In this document: one piece after another, positions 1 through 8,836 of the stretch
How positions within the stretch are numbered: the first letter of the stretch is position 1
Layout: each line of letters opens with the position of its first letter
Assembly (NCBI GenBank): GCA_963734175.1
Contig: CAVTGC010000010.1
Span: 252,976-316,975, forward strand
Reading direction: 5' to 3'
DNA length: 64,000 nucleotides
Origin: an uncultured Candidatus Rokubacteria bacterium
GTDB taxonomy: Bacteria > Methylomirabilota > Methylomirabilia > Rokubacteriales > CSP1-6
Position numbers and translations under genes: made by a program
Notes under the pieces: generated by a model
Seen by the model: only the letters and a program-made list of their open reading frames with translations
The model's database searches: none
Told to the model about the DNA's origin: nothing

Positions 1-313
1 CGATGCATAGCAGGGTGTTGGTCTCGGCCGTGAGGTCGAGCAGGTTGTCGAAGTCGGCGACCTTTCGCGCCAGGCGATCGACGGCGAGTGCCATGACCAT
101 TCCGACCTCGCCGCGGCCAATCATCGCGAGCATGTCGAGAAACCCTGGTCGAAAGGTGCTCGATGTCCCGGACAACCCCAAGTCGCAATCGATCACCTTG
201 ATTCGCGTGCTAGGCCAACCCCATTTCAGTGCGAACTCGGCCTGGGCAAGTTGGGCAGCAAGCGAACCGCGGTGGTCACGGACCTGTTCGTTCGAGCTTT
301 GCCCGGCGTCCAT
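1..313 (-). CDS. Serine recombinase (resolvase/invertase-type), N-terminal catalytic domain. 5' partial: the gene continues past the window edge.
   Basis: Reverse-strand translation from the ATG at 313 reads MDAGQSSNEQ...LKWGWPSTRIKVIDCDLGLSGTSS...RPGFLDMLAMIGRGEVGMVMALAVDRLARKVADFDNLLDL. This matches the resolvase N-domain motifs (S/G...RPG..L......G..D.v.v..lDRLaR). The + strand ORF 3..413 is a shadow. Confidence 0.6.
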   Translation of the reverse strand, partial: MDAGQSSNEQVRDHRGSLAAQLAQAEFALKWGWPSTRIKVIDCDLGLSGTSSTFRPGFLDMLAMIGRGEVGMVMALAVDRLARKVADFDNLLDLTAETNTLLCI

Positions 314-330
314 GTCCCTCCTTTACAGGC

Positions 331-612
331 TTAGTACACTCGACACGTCGAACGAAGGGTCACGCTATACGTGCGCGAAAGCTTATCCAGACTCATACAG
401 AAAACCGTGGTGAAGCCGTGGGTCTCCGCGTCAATCAACAAGGTAGCCAGCCCGAGCCGATCCCCAACTGACGTGGATCGACCCACATCGCTATATTCAA
501 TGGCTTGCCAGCCGCTTGCGCTTGCGAAAGTTCGAAGCGCGGGCAACTGGCGCTCCAGACGGTCGGCGACGCTTGAGCGAGCATAGATTGCGACCTTCGT
601 GGTCTTAGTCAT
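331..612 (-). pseudogene. Truncated resolvase-like catalytic domain of 93 aa
   Basis: MTKTTKVAIYARSSVADRLERQLPALRTFASASGWQAIEYSDVGRSTSVGDRLGLATLLIDAETHGFTTVFCMSLDKLSR, then a stop. AGGAGG lies 7 nt upstream of the ATG at 612. The sequence ends right after the LDKLSR motif, where a full resolvase would continue. Confidence 0.45.
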
Positions 613-866
613 CGCTCTTCCTCCTTGGGTTCGGAGGCGGAGACGCCGCCTCATTTGGCTCAAGTGTGATGCAGTCCTCGTAGGCTGGGTCCGAACACAA
701 ATAAGCACGGAGCTAGGAGGCAATTCGAGGTGCGTTTAGGGCGACGACGAGCGACATTAGCGCAAGGCGCGACGGCGCAGCCACCCGCGGCGGACTGGGA
801 CCGTACATGCAACCCGCAGAGAGATGGTCCGCGTTTGTCGGACAACGGGGACTCGCCCGGGATTGC

Positions 867-1148
867 CTACTCCGGCGTGATCTCCTCGATCGGCGGCAGT
901 CGATCTGCGAATAATGACCGCGCGGCGACAGCGTAATAGATAGCCCGCCAATCGAGCCCCAGAGCCTTCGCGCGGGCGAGAACCGCGCGGACGGTTCCGG
1001 TGGGCGGGCCATTCCACAAGCATGTTGCGCAGCCCAAAGTGATTTCGATGTGACTGATAAACTCGTGCGTCAGGCCTCCGGAAGGGCGGTCTTTATTCAA
1101 ATTCCTGTGCTCCTTGCCCAACCCTAGCGGTTCCGGTGGGCGGGCCAT
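867..1148 (-). CDS. Small ORF. Its 5' half is encoded inside the 136-bp tandem repeat. Its C-terminus resembles a degenerate resolvase-type HTH (…GPPTGTVRAVLARAKALGLDWRAIYYAVAARSL…).
   Basis: Taken from the ORF track. The repeat length is not a multiple of 3, so the two copies give different frames (compare ORF 713..1012). Weak motif-level similarity only. Confidence 0.25.
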   Translation of the reverse strand: MARPPEPLGLGKEHRNLNKDRPSGGLTHEFISHIEITLGCATCLWNGPPTGTVRAVLARAKALGLDWRAIYYAVAARSLFADRLPPIEEITPE

Positions 1149-1266
1149 TCCACAAGCATGTTGCGCAGCCCAAAGTGATTTCGATGTGACTGATAAACTC
1201 GTGCGTCAGGCCTCCGGAAGGGCGGTCTTTATTCAAATTCCTGTGCTCCTTGCCCAACCCTAGCGG
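995..1266. repeat. Perfect tandem duplication, 2 x 136 bp (995-1130 and 1131-1266)
   Basis: The string ttccggtgggcgggccattccacaagcatgttgcgcagcccaaagtgatttcgatgtgactgataaactcgtgcgtcaggcctccggaagggcggtctttattcaaattcctgtgctccttgcccaaccctagcgg occurs twice, back to back and identical. Confidence 0.9.
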
Positions 1267-1808
1267 ACGAAAGGGGCAGTCTCAACTCCGCCCAGAGTGT
1301 AGCGGTCATCCCTCAATTGGAATACCGTTCACATCGTATGTGCGGAGGACATTGCCAACTAAGTTGGAATCGCTCCATCCCACCCGGAACACAAAGAACT
1401 GGATTCTGTACGGCGCGTGGCCGTGCTGGAAGTGTGCGCGGTTGCTGACGGTGGGGAAGGGCTACACCGGACCCCTTTTCTGTACACCTGCCCGAATCCA
1501 GGGCTGGCGTTCGGGGCGTCAGGAGCGAGGCCATGAGGACCAGACCGCCACGACCAGTGCCCGAGACCAGGGAGCCAGGCCTAGGGCATCACGACTAGGA
1601 CAGCGCGGGGGCGGGGCTGCGGTCGATGGAGGGCGGGTACGGTCGCGGCCCATACCCGACGGGGGGTATCGAGAGCGCGCGACCCTGGCGGATGGCCTGA
1701 GAGATGACTGCCCCGGACTGCGCTTCGATTTTTTCTGGGGAAATCCTGGGCCTCGACATCCTCCACATGATGCGGCTACCGTGAGCATCGAGGGAGGCAC
1801 AAAAGCGC

Positions 1809-2255
1809 ATGGCCACCATGATCCTCGGCGACAACGAGATCATCGACTGTGCCGCTGCACTCCTCCTCGAAGGCCAGGAGGTGTTCCGCTTGCGTGACCG
1901 TGGGAGGGACGGGCAGCTAGTCGTGGACTTCGATCTCCGCGCGCCTGACGAGACTCGGATCGCGAAGATCGTGAAGAACTACCCCGCCTACGTCGCCGAG
2001 GGCTACGAGCGTCGGAGCGGCCTCAACTGGTCCGAGGCTGTGCAGACGGCCACCGGGCTCATCGTCGCTCGCGTGGACGCCCCGTCCCTCGATGCCATCC
2101 GCGTGGTGGGTCTGTTCTGCGTGAACGGCTACTGCCTCGCGATCACCGAGGACGGGTTGATCGCAGATGGAGTCACGATCTCTCGGAACACCATGAAGGG
2201 GCTCAAGAAGGCCATTGCGCTGAATCGCGGCTCCGCGATGATCGGCCTGGCGTGA
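1809..2255 (+). CDS. Hypothetical protein, 148 aa
   Basis: Clean ORF with high-GC third positions and no recognisable motif. Confidence 0.4.
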   Translation: MATMILGDNEIIDCAAALLLEGQEVFRLRDRGRDGQLVVDFDLRAPDETRIAKIVKNYPAYVAEGYERRSGLNWSEAVQTATGLIVARVDAPSLDAIRVVGLFCVNGYCLAITEDGLIADGVTISRNTMKGLKKAIALNRGSAMIGLA

Positions 2256-2702
2256 ACCTCACGTTCACCTCACGCTGCTCTTGTTATCCTCGCGCTCCTC
2301 CTCGCCGGATGCGGCAGCCATCGCCTCAACACGTTCGAGCCAGTAGACCTCAGCGAGAAGACCATCACCGTCCCTCCAGGTGGCGGGCTGATCGGCGAGA
2401 TCAAGCAAGCCTTGACGCGCGACAAGTGGCGCGTAGTCGTCCGTCAGGGTCCAGAGGTGACGAAGGGACAGCTTGGGGAGAACACGCGACTGGAGCGGTT
2501 CAAGACCGTGGAGACGCGCTACGTGATATTCCTGCGATGGAACCAGTTTGACGTGTGCGTGCCGAGATTCGTTCCAGCGTACAACTACGACATCTCCGTG
2601 ATGGACGTGCGGAGTGGATCGGAAGTGCTCACGCTCTCGGGCCGAGATTGCGAGCCGAAGATCGTGGAGAAGCTCATGGAGGCGCTGCAGGAGAAGAAGT
2701 AG
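2252..2702 (+). CDS. Putative lipoprotein with a probable 1-nt frameshift near its 5' end
   Basis: In the frame of ORF 2412..2702, the upstream sequence reads …SPHAALVILALLLAGCGSHRLNTFEPVDLSEK…. This is a signal peptide with an L-A-G-C lipobox, but no canonical start codon follows the stop at 2253-2255. A GTG at 2252 sits in the neighbouring frame. Confidence 0.35.
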
Positions 2703-2739
2703 GAGGCAGGAAAGGGACGGGGGCGTGGCGAACTACAAA

Positions 2740-3369
2740 ATGCCGGCGGAGGAGGGAAGCTCCGAGGTGAAAGGGCAACTGAGCAACCTCCGAGTCGCCC
2801 TCGATCTCTTCACGGAGTTGCGGACGATCCTGCGTGTCGATGTCGAGAGAGCCCTGCAGGATGCCGAGGACGCTGCTGCGAAGGGCACAACGGGGCAAGA
2901 TCTCCAGCGCCTCCGGCGTAATGCTGCCCGCGCACTCTTCTCCTACATCGAGGCAGTGGTGTACGCGATGAAGCGAACCGCGCTCAGGATGGAGGAGATC
3001 CTCCCTGCGAAGATGTTCAAGCCACACGAGGTCGCGCAACTTGAAGAGCAGCGCCCGCCGTGGCCGACCGCCAAGGACAACTTGAAGTTCGCCTTCGATG
3101 CGTTCGTTCGCCGTCACGGAGGCTACGTGTTCGAGCCTCGAGGTCGAGGCTGGGACGCCTACTGTCGAGCCAGCGACATCCGAGATCACCTCATGCACCC
3201 TAAATCTGTCACGCACGTCACCATCGACGGTGCTCAGTGCGCCGGCTTGGTGCAGACGTGGATTTGGATCAACACGGAGTTCGACAAGGCGGCGCGGGTC
3301 GTCCATGACCGGGCCAAGGGACGGGCGGTGGAGTTGCAGGCCAAGCGAACCTCGCCCTCGTCACCGTAG
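2740..3369 (+). CDS. Hypothetical protein of about 209 aa (MPAEEGSSEVKGQLSNLRVALDLF…)
   Basis: Internal ATG of ORF 2614..3369. The upstream 42 codons are Arg-rich junk. Confidence 0.4.
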   Translation: MPAEEGSSEVKGQLSNLRVALDLFTELRTILRVDVERALQDAEDAAAKGTTGQDLQRLRRNAARALFSYIEAVVYAMKRTALRMEEILPAKMFKPHEVAQLEEQRPPWPTAKDNLKFAFDAFVRRHGGYVFEPRGRGWDAYCRASDIRDHLMHPKSVTHVTIDGAQCAGLVQTWIWINTEFDKAARVVHDRAKGRAVELQAKRTSPSSP

Positions 3370-3428
3370 CTGCGGCTGGCTCTCCTCACGCTCACCTCAC
3401 GTGTCCTCAAGGTCACCTCAAGGTCGCC

Positions 3429-3909
3429 TCAAGCTGGCGTCTCCAGCCGCTGCTTCCAGAAGTCGAGCACGCGCTGCGCAAGCTCAACCGCCGTGAACCT
3501 GTCGACGCCCAGTTCCCTTGCCGCGTCGTCTTCAAGCTCGATGATCAGGTCGCCCTCGGCGAAGTACCCCCGCGGGAAGTACCGTGCAAAGTAGCCCTGC
3601 GCGAAGTAGCCGCCCGTCTTGCGGGTCTCGGCGACGGACGTGTGCTTCTTCGCCTGGGCGTGGAAGGTTTCTTGCCGTTCGCGAGGTGTGAGCAGATCCG
3701 CAACAGCCATCTGGACGCCTCAAGCTGCTCCCGCACATCATCGTTCTCCCTGCCGGGCAACACCCAGTCCAGCATGTGTGGTGGGCCGTCACGAAGAAGC
3801 TGAACGCCTTGTAGGTGTTCCTGCGGTCGCCCCGGACGTTCTCAAGGTCGTGCTGGAGCTTGCGGAGAAGATCGTGTGGAGACCGAAGGTCGAAGGCGCC
3901 GCCGTTCAT
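3429..3909 (-). pseudogene. Hypothetical gene read across two frameshifts: MNGGAFDLRSPHDLLRKLQHDLENVRGDRRNTYKAFSFFVTAHH… / …DWVLPGRENDDVREQLEASRWLLRICSHLAN… / …GGYFAQGYFARYFPRGYFAEGDLIIELEDDAARELGVDRFTAVELAQRVLDFWKQRLETPA
   Basis: Three consecutive minus-strand ORFs (3532..3909, 3545..3775, 3429..3710) join into one plausible protein if two 1-nt indels are allowed. The start is ATGA-coupled to the upstream ORF 3906..4190. Confidence 0.3.
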
Positions 3910-4190
3910 GCTCCCCTCACCATCCGCACCTCACAGGTCGAGCACTCCAGCCAGACGCAGGCTTCGTCTACCCCTCCGGCACGCTGGCCGCAGTTGCGGT
4001 GCTCAAGGTAGAAGGCGTCGAGGGCTTCGAGGGCCGGCTCCGTCAGGGCTGTGTCGGTAGACCCTTGGCGATTCCGTCCAAGATCACCCTGAGCCTGTCT
4101 CGAAGCTGCGGTGCGGATTTCACTCCGTCCACGACATGAAACCAGAGCTCGGCGGCGCGCGACTCTGTCGTCCGGATCTTCGTCGTCCAA
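3906..4190 (-). CDS. Small Cys-containing hypothetical protein (…EHRNCGQRAGGVDEACVWLECSTCEV…)
   Basis: ORF track. Its stop overlaps the downstream ATG (GCATGA). It conflicts with the tail of ORF 4043..4738. Confidence 0.25.
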   Translation of the reverse strand: MDDEDPDDRVARRRALVSCRGRSEIRTAASRQAQGDLGRNRQGSTDTALTEPALEALDAFYLEHRNCGQRAGGVDEACVWLECSTCEVRMVRGA

Positions 4191-4462
4191 GTTCCATCCC
4201 CGACCGGCTCGTAGTCCACGAACACTGCTCCCACACGCGAGTTCGTCACTCGGCTCTCAGTTGCGACGATGACGTGATGCGCTACCTTGTTGCTTTTGGC
4301 CTGGTCAGCGACAACGCGGATGGGATGAGCAAACGCCCACGCGAGGCGCACGAGTTCAGCCCTCGGTAGCGCTGAAACACGAAGACTGGACGGTGGTTGC
4401 TTTTGCCTTCGAGACGCGAACGCCACGATGTCCGGGCGGGTAACCAGCAGGGTCTTCATCAT
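4043..4462 (-). CDS. Hypothetical protein of about 139 aa (MMKTLLVTRPDIVAFAS…ELWFHVVDGVKSAPQLRDRLRVILDGIAKGLPTQP)
   Basis: Internal Met of ORF 4043..4738. It overlaps the lipoprotein gene by about 106 nt in another frame, so one of the two boundaries is wrong. Confidence 0.25.
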   Translation of the reverse strand: MMKTLLVTRPDIVAFASRRQKQPPSSLRVSALPRAELVRLAWAFAHPIRVVADQAKSNKVAHHVIVATESRVTNSRVGAVFVDYEPVGDGTWTTKIRTTESRAAELWFHVVDGVKSAPQLRDRLRVILDGIAKGLPTQP

Positions 4463-4970
4463 CGGCCCTGAAGCCAGCCCGACGGAGCGTCCGTTCGATG
4501 GTCTCCCGCATCGCGGCAACTCGTCGGGCCGAGGACATGCCGGCGAAAGCCCGTTCGTCCGTGCGGCCGGAGGTATCGATGGTGAACCGGAACCGCTTCG
4601 TCTCACCCTCGCGGAGGGTGGTCTCGCGCTGGGTCCAGGCGTCCGAGCCAAGGGCGCAGAGGCCACGGCCATTGATGTAGAACCCAGACCGAAGGACCAT
4701 CTCGCCTGGCGAGACGTGTAGCGTGGCCGTCTCACCAACGCCGAAGCGCGCCGCGTGAGTGCCGTTCACCAACAGGGACAGATAGCAGCCGCTCCCGAGG
4801 ATCCCACTGTCGCGCGTGACCACGAGGGTCGCGGTCTGATCGGCCGTCCGGCTCTGCAACGCCAGCAGGCGGTCGGCCGGGACCGGGGTCGCTTGAGAAA
4901 GCGCGGTCGGGGTCGTGGCGCAGCCAGACGTGAGAAGTAGTGCGGGCAGAATCAGCAGGAGGCGGTGCAT
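4356..4970 (-). CDS. Lipoprotein, 204 aa
   Basis: The N-terminus MHRLLLILPALLLTSGCATTP is a classic signal peptide with an L-T-S-G-C lipobox. AAAGGGGG lies 8 nt upstream of the ATG. Confidence 0.6.
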   Translation of the reverse strand: MHRLLLILPALLLTSGCATTPTALSQATPVPADRLLALQSRTADQTATLVVTRDSGILGSGCYLSLLVNGTHAARFGVGETATLHVSPGEMVLRSGFYINGRGLCALGSDAWTQRETTLREGETKRFRFTIDTSGRTDERAFAGMSSARRVAAMRETIERTLRRAGFRADDEDPAGYPPGHRGVRVSKAKATTVQSSCFSATEG

Positions 4971-5067
4971 GGTGTTACCCCCTTTTGTAGACCGATCGTC
5001 TCACGCCGTGCCCTAGGCGCCGCCACGCCGGCACCTGAACCGCTTGCCACAGCGTCATCAGCCGAGG

Positions 5068-5475
5068 TCACGGATGGGTGTGTCCATGGCCTTCGCGGCC
5101 CCGAGTGGGATCGAAATACTCGCGGAGGAATGCGATCTTCCCTCCTGACGCACGCAAGAAGACGACGTACTGCTGTTGGTAGATCCGCCCTGTCGCCTTG
5201 ATCCGTCCCTTGCCCTTGACCTCCGCCACGGCGGCCTCTGGGTCGGCGAAAGCATAGACGCTGACGTCGGAAAAGCGGAAGTTCTCGACGGCCCCCACGA
5301 ACCACGCTGCGAAGTCTTCGACCTCCGCGCGTCCTGCCACGCGTGCAGGGTGGCCGAGCGCCGGCGCGAACGGGAGCTCCCACACGACATCGTCGGCGAG
5401 CAATGTCTGCCAACGTGCGTTGTCGGCGACGAGTGTCTCTAGATGCCGATGTAACAGGCTCTCGGCGAGGGTCAT
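5068..5475 (-). CDS. SnoaL-like / NTF2-like (ketosteroid-isomerase fold) protein, about 135 aa
   Basis: MTLAESLLHRHLETLVADNARWQTLLADDVVWELPF…YQQQYVVFLRASGGKIAFLREYFDP is typical of the SnoaL/limonene-epoxide-hydrolase-like superfamily. Its ATG overlaps the stop of the upstream gene (ATGA). Confidence 0.55.
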   Translation of the reverse strand: MTLAESLLHRHLETLVADNARWQTLLADDVVWELPFAPALGHPARVAGRAEVEDFAAWFVGAVENFRFSDVSVYAFADPEAAVAEVKGKGRIKATGRIYQQQYVVFLRASGGKIAFLREYFDPTRGREGHGHTHP

Positions 5476-5783
5476 GCGGCAGTCCGTCCGATCGCCGCCC
5501 AGCCCGCCACCTGCACGGCCCGCCACGGCGTCGGCTCCCAGGCGGAGCCACCGAAGACCGAGTGGGCCATCCCGGTGATATAGAACGTGGCCCGCCAGTG
5601 CCCGTCGCCGTAGGCGGTGAGCTGGAGGTCCCAGCCCTGGCGCGCCATGCCCGTCACGACCAGGCCGATGCCATTCCACGTATCGAGCCAGCGGTGCAGC
5701 AGCTGCAGCTCGGGCTCCGTGGGCTCGACCTGGAGGAAGCCAAGCGCGGTGCGGAGGACAGGGAGGCGCGGGTCAGTCGCCAA
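5472..5783 (-). CDS. Member 1 of the uncharacterised 'FLQ(L/V)xPxEPELQ' family
   Basis: MATDPRLPVLRTALGFLQVEPTEPELQLLHRWLDTWNGIGLVVTGMARQGWDLQLTAYGDGHWRATFYITGMAHSVFGGSAWEPTPWRAVQVAGW. It aligns along its whole length with ORF 8837..9292 and with the C-terminal part of ORF 63680..63967. Confidence 0.55.
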   Translation of the reverse strand: MATDPRLPVLRTALGFLQVEPTEPELQLLHRWLDTWNGIGLVVTGMARQGWDLQLTAYGDGHWRATFYITGMAHSVFGGSAWEPTPWRAVQVAGWAAIGRTAA

Positions 5784-5849
5784 TCAGCACACAGCAGAGC
5801 GCGATCGCCACGACGGTCAGGAGGCGGGCCCGAGTCATGGCGTCCGTCG

Positions 5850-7350
5850 CGCTGGGGGTCAACTCGGCGGCGCTGATCGCTCTAGCAGCCCGTGGCGGAA
5901 GTCATTGCGATGAGCCAGTTGCGGCGAGCGAGAAGGATGAGATCCCGCCGCGAGCCGGAGAGCCCGGGACGCCAAGGCGCCTCGTCAGAGTCGGGCGGAG
6001 CGCGGCGAGGAGCGAAGACAGGGTCAGCCAGAGCAGGTCCGACGGCGGACGGCGGCCCTGAAGGCCGCGCGGCGTCCCGCGTCCGAAGACGCTGCCGCAT
6101 CAGGAGCCCGAGATTGAAGGCGCCCGCGTGGACGATCAGCCGCTTGAGGATGTTGGGATGCCCGCGCAAGTGGATCCGGCGCAGCCCGCCGGTGTCATAG
6201 ACGTGCGCAAACGTCCGTTCGACGTACTCGCCGCGCCGCCGCATCAACCGCTTCCCGCGGGGGCCACCGACCCGGCGGCGATTGCCATAGACGGGTTGCT
6301 GGGCTTCCGGCTCCTTGGTCCAGCACCGGCGGCCGCGATCGGGCTCGGCGAGGTAGGCGCGGAGGCCGAGGGCCCGGAGGGTCAGCAGGGTGTCGTTGCT
6401 GTGGTAGCCCCGATCCCCGACGAGCGCCGTCGGGACGGTCGCCTGCACGGCCGCCAGCTGTTCGGCGGCCGTCAGCGTCGTCGCGAGCAGACTCGTCGTG
6501 TCGCCGACGTCCGCCCCGTGCAGGGTCACGGCGACCAGCGCGCCCGTCTCCAGATCGACGGCGTGCTCCACTTTGTGGGCGAGGTGCGTCCGGCCATCCT
6601 TCATCTGCGTGACCTTGGCATCGGGGTCCGACGGATTCACCCATTCGGCGTTGGACGTCCGCTTCTGGCGCCGACGGTCGAGACGGGCCAGCGCCTCGCG
6701 GCTCGGCGTCTTGAGGCCCGAGGCCGTCGCCAGCCGCGTGAGGAACTTCTGGTAGCTCTCTCCCGTGTCCCGCCGCACGATGCTCCGCATCGCGGCGTTG
6801 GCCTCGAGCGTGGTCGCATCCACGGCGAGCGTCTGGCCCCGGAGCAGGTGGGCCTCGACCAGGCGCTCCTGCACCCACGTGAACACGGCCTGATGCGCCT
6901 CGACGTCGATCAGGCGTCGGGTGCGCGAGATCGTCGAATGATCGGGCGCCGCCTCGTCGAGCCCCAAGCCCAGGAACTGGCGCACCGCCAGCGAGTCCGC
7001 CGCCCGCCAGGCGATCCCGCGCTCCGAGTCGAGGCCTTCGAAGTAGCCGATCAGCAACAAGCGGAAGTAGCGGCCCGGGGCGAGGCTGGGCCGGCCCATG
7101 ACCGGCGCGTAGAACGGCCGACATTGGTCCTCGACGAATCGGTCGAAGCCCGCGGCGTCGAGGATCTCATTCAGCCGCAGGTAGAACGGGTGGCCCGGCG
7201 ACACCGGCAGCTCGGTCGTGGGAATCCACAACGGCGGCTTGCTCGCTCTTGCGTTTGCCCATCGCCATGGCCCGCAGTGTACGATCTGGCGCGCCCGTGG
7301 CGATGTCCTTTCACCGACTTTCACCACGGGCTGCTAGGCCGTGATTGCCG
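5850..7350 (-). mobile_element. IS5/IS1182-family insertion sequence. Ends not mapped.
   Basis: A single transposase gene. The terminal inverted repeats could not be identified by eye. Confidence 0.4.
5882..7327 (-). CDS. IS5/IS1182-family DDE transposase, 481 aa
   Basis: The N-terminal region …LPVSPGHPFYLRLNEILDAAGF…GRPSLAPGRYFRLLLIGYFEGLDSERGIAWRAADSLAVRQFLGL…DHSTISRTRRLI is the DUF772/transposase N-domain signature of IS5/IS1182. It is followed by a DDE_Tnp_1 core. The 502-aa + strand ORF 6128..7636 is its antisense shadow. Confidence 0.8.
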   Translation of the reverse strand: MVKVGERTSPRARQIVHCGPWRWANARASKPPLWIPTTELPVSPGHPFYLRLNEILDAAGFDRFVEDQCRPFYAPVMGRPSLAPGRYFRLLLIGYFEGLDSERGIAWRAADSLAVRQFLGLGLDEAAPDHSTISRTRRLIDVEAHQAVFTWVQERLVEAHLLRGQTLAVDATTLEANAAMRSIVRRDTGESYQKFLTRLATASGLKTPSREALARLDRRRQKRTSNAEWVNPSDPDAKVTQMKDGRTHLAHKVEHAVDLETGALVAVTLHGADVGDTTSLLATTLTAAEQLAAVQATVPTALVGDRGYHSNDTLLTLRALGLRAYLAEPDRGRRCWTKEPEAQQPVYGNRRRVGGPRGKRLMRRRGEYVERTFAHVYDTGGLRRIHLRGHPNILKRLIVHAGAFNLGLLMRQRLRTRDAARPSGPPSAVGPALADPVFAPRRAPPDSDEAPWRPGLSGSRRDLILLARRNWLIAMTSATGC

Positions 7351-7634
7351 TCCGGCCATAGGTTCATGCACCTGGGATGGAGGAATACCTTCACCCCGGC
7401 CGTCAGCAGGAGTTCGACTTCGGTATCTCCGATCTCGATGGCGGAACTACAAGCCGCGCACTTGTGCGTCTCGCGGCACTGCCCGCCCAAGATGCGGGTC
7501 GGCCGGACTCTTGGCAGAACGCCACCTTCAACGAGGGTGCGGAGCCGTTCGCGCACGCTGGCGTCACTCGGCAGCGTGTCGGCACTCCCTCGGATCAAAG
7601 GCAGGCCAAGGCGGATCACGTCCGCAAATGCCAT
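7311..7634 (-). CDS. Small C-terminal zinc-ribbon protein, sub-family B
   Basis: …ERLRTLVEGGVLPRVRPTRILGGQCRETHKCAACSSAIEIGDTEVELLLTAGVKVFLHPRCMNLWPDG. It aligns with 38800..39231 (…ERLRGLVQRGVLPLTRPARVWAGPCRETHACIACGTIIGMGEMEFDVVLASAIKVFFHPKCLNLWPDAG). Confidence 0.5.
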   Translation of the reverse strand: MAFADVIRLGLPLIRGSADTLPSDASVRERLRTLVEGGVLPRVRPTRILGGQCRETHKCAACSSAIEIGDTEVELLLTAGVKVFLHPRCMNLWPDGNHGLAARGESR

Positions 7635-7785
7635 GAACGCGTTGCTGCGCTCACGGATAGCTAGGATGCGGCCTTGACGTGCGGCGCTGGCGGCGATGCG
7701 GGCAGCGGTTCTCTCAACTCACTCGGCGACGGCCATGCTCATGGGACGACCCTCCGTCAGACCGGGGAGCGTAGCACAGGTGAGG

Positions 7786-8067
7786 TCATGGCGCCTGCCG
7801 CCGGATCTCGATCCGCACGTGGGCCGGCCAGATCATGTCGCGCTCGGTATCGGGAATCCCGGGGCGCCGGATCCGGGCGGGCAGGCTCTTGCCGCCCTGG
7901 AACACCGTGGGGTGGGTCACAACCTCCCATTCGAGGCCCGCCTCGGTGAGCCGGTCGCCGACCTGGACTGCCATGGGCAGGACTGTGCGCGTGCCGTCGG
8001 CGGCCGCCGGCGTCGGGCCCGGCGTCGAGGCTGGTCGCTTCAGACGACGGGCTGGCCGATCAATCAC
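7786..8067 (-). CDS. Hypothetical protein
   Basis: ORF only. Competes with the + strand ORF 7696..8250. Confidence 0.2.
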   Translation of the reverse strand: MIDRPARRLKRPASTPGPTPAAADGTRTVLPMAVQVGDRLTEAGLEWEVVTHPTVFQGGKSLPARIRRPGIPDTERDMIWPAHVRIEIRRQAP

Positions 8068-8291
8068 CGACGAGGAACCAGAGGGCGCTGGACGCTACGA
8101 TCACGAGCGCCGCCGGGAGGAGCCACTTGGTCACGGCGTCTAGCAGCACCACGCCGCAACGCCGGCGGCCTGGGTCAGGAACGCCTCGAGGATCTTGCGC
8201 ATGGGCGGGAGGGTAACGAGGGTCAGAGCAGGCGTCAACGTCGCGTGTAGCCGACAGATCCACCACCCGCCGCGTCCGAGTCGGCGGCCCC

Positions 8292-8822
8292 CTACGCTGT
8301 GCGGGCGGCGATGAGGAGGGCAGCGACCCCTGCCACGCCAACGACGATCGGAAAGGCAAAGTCCAGTACTGCACGCACGACGACCACCGGGCCGACGGCG
8401 CCACGGTACCGGAACCGCTCTAGCCTGAAGATCTCGGGATCGTTTTTATCGAAGTCGTCCTCGCCAAGTCCCATCGCAACCATGCGCATCGCCTCGTCGT
8501 GCGTCTCTCGGGCGAGTTTCTGCATGGCCAGGTGATATTCCCATCGCCACGCCAGGGCGTCGGTCGCCGCATACGCGACAAAGGCCGAGAGGAAGTACAC
8601 CACTACGCTGGCCATCAACCACAGCAGAGCCCCGCGGCGTCCGGGCGTGAGGGTGATGCCGAAGTTCTCGATCTTCTCCGGGACAAACCCGGTCAGTGCT
8701 ACGGCCAGAGCGACGGTGCTGACACCAAGCAGCGCTCGCCGCTCCTTCCTTGTGGTCTCCGTGAGCGGGTCACGAAGAAGCACCCCGCCGCGCTCGCGTA
8801 GATCGTCGTCGAGCTCGCTCAT
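8292..8822 (-). CDS. Hypothetical integral membrane protein, 176 aa
   Basis: Several hydrophobic stretches (LLGVSTVALAVALTGFV, ALLWLMASVVVYFLSAFVAYAA, VVVVRAVLDFAFPIVVGVAGVAALLIA). Confidence 0.5.
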   Translation of the reverse strand: MSELDDDLRERGGVLLRDPLTETTRKERRALLGVSTVALAVALTGFVPEKIENFGITLTPGRRGALLWLMASVVVYFLSAFVAYAATDALAWRWEYHLAMQKLARETHDEAMRMVAMGLGEDDFDKNDPEIFRLERFRYRGAVGPVVVVRAVLDFAFPIVVGVAGVAALLIAARTA

Positions 8823-8836
8823 GCCTCGTCGAGATA

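Noticed and set aside
995-1266. Possible CRISPR array
   Set aside because: Only two copies of a 136-bp unit with no spacers. It is a tandem duplication and not a repeat-spacer array. No CRISPR-like short repeats were seen anywhere in the window.
1250-1897. 215-aa + strand ORF after the tandem repeat
   Set aside because: Composition is Arg/Gly/Pro-biased with no motif. Its start lies inside the repeat. Judged spurious, though the region 1300-1800 may hold a further degraded recombinase part that I could not resolve.
6128-7636. 502-aa ORF on the + strand
   Set aside because: Antisense shadow of the IS5/IS1182 transposase gene. Arg/Gly/Pro-rich composition and no motifs.
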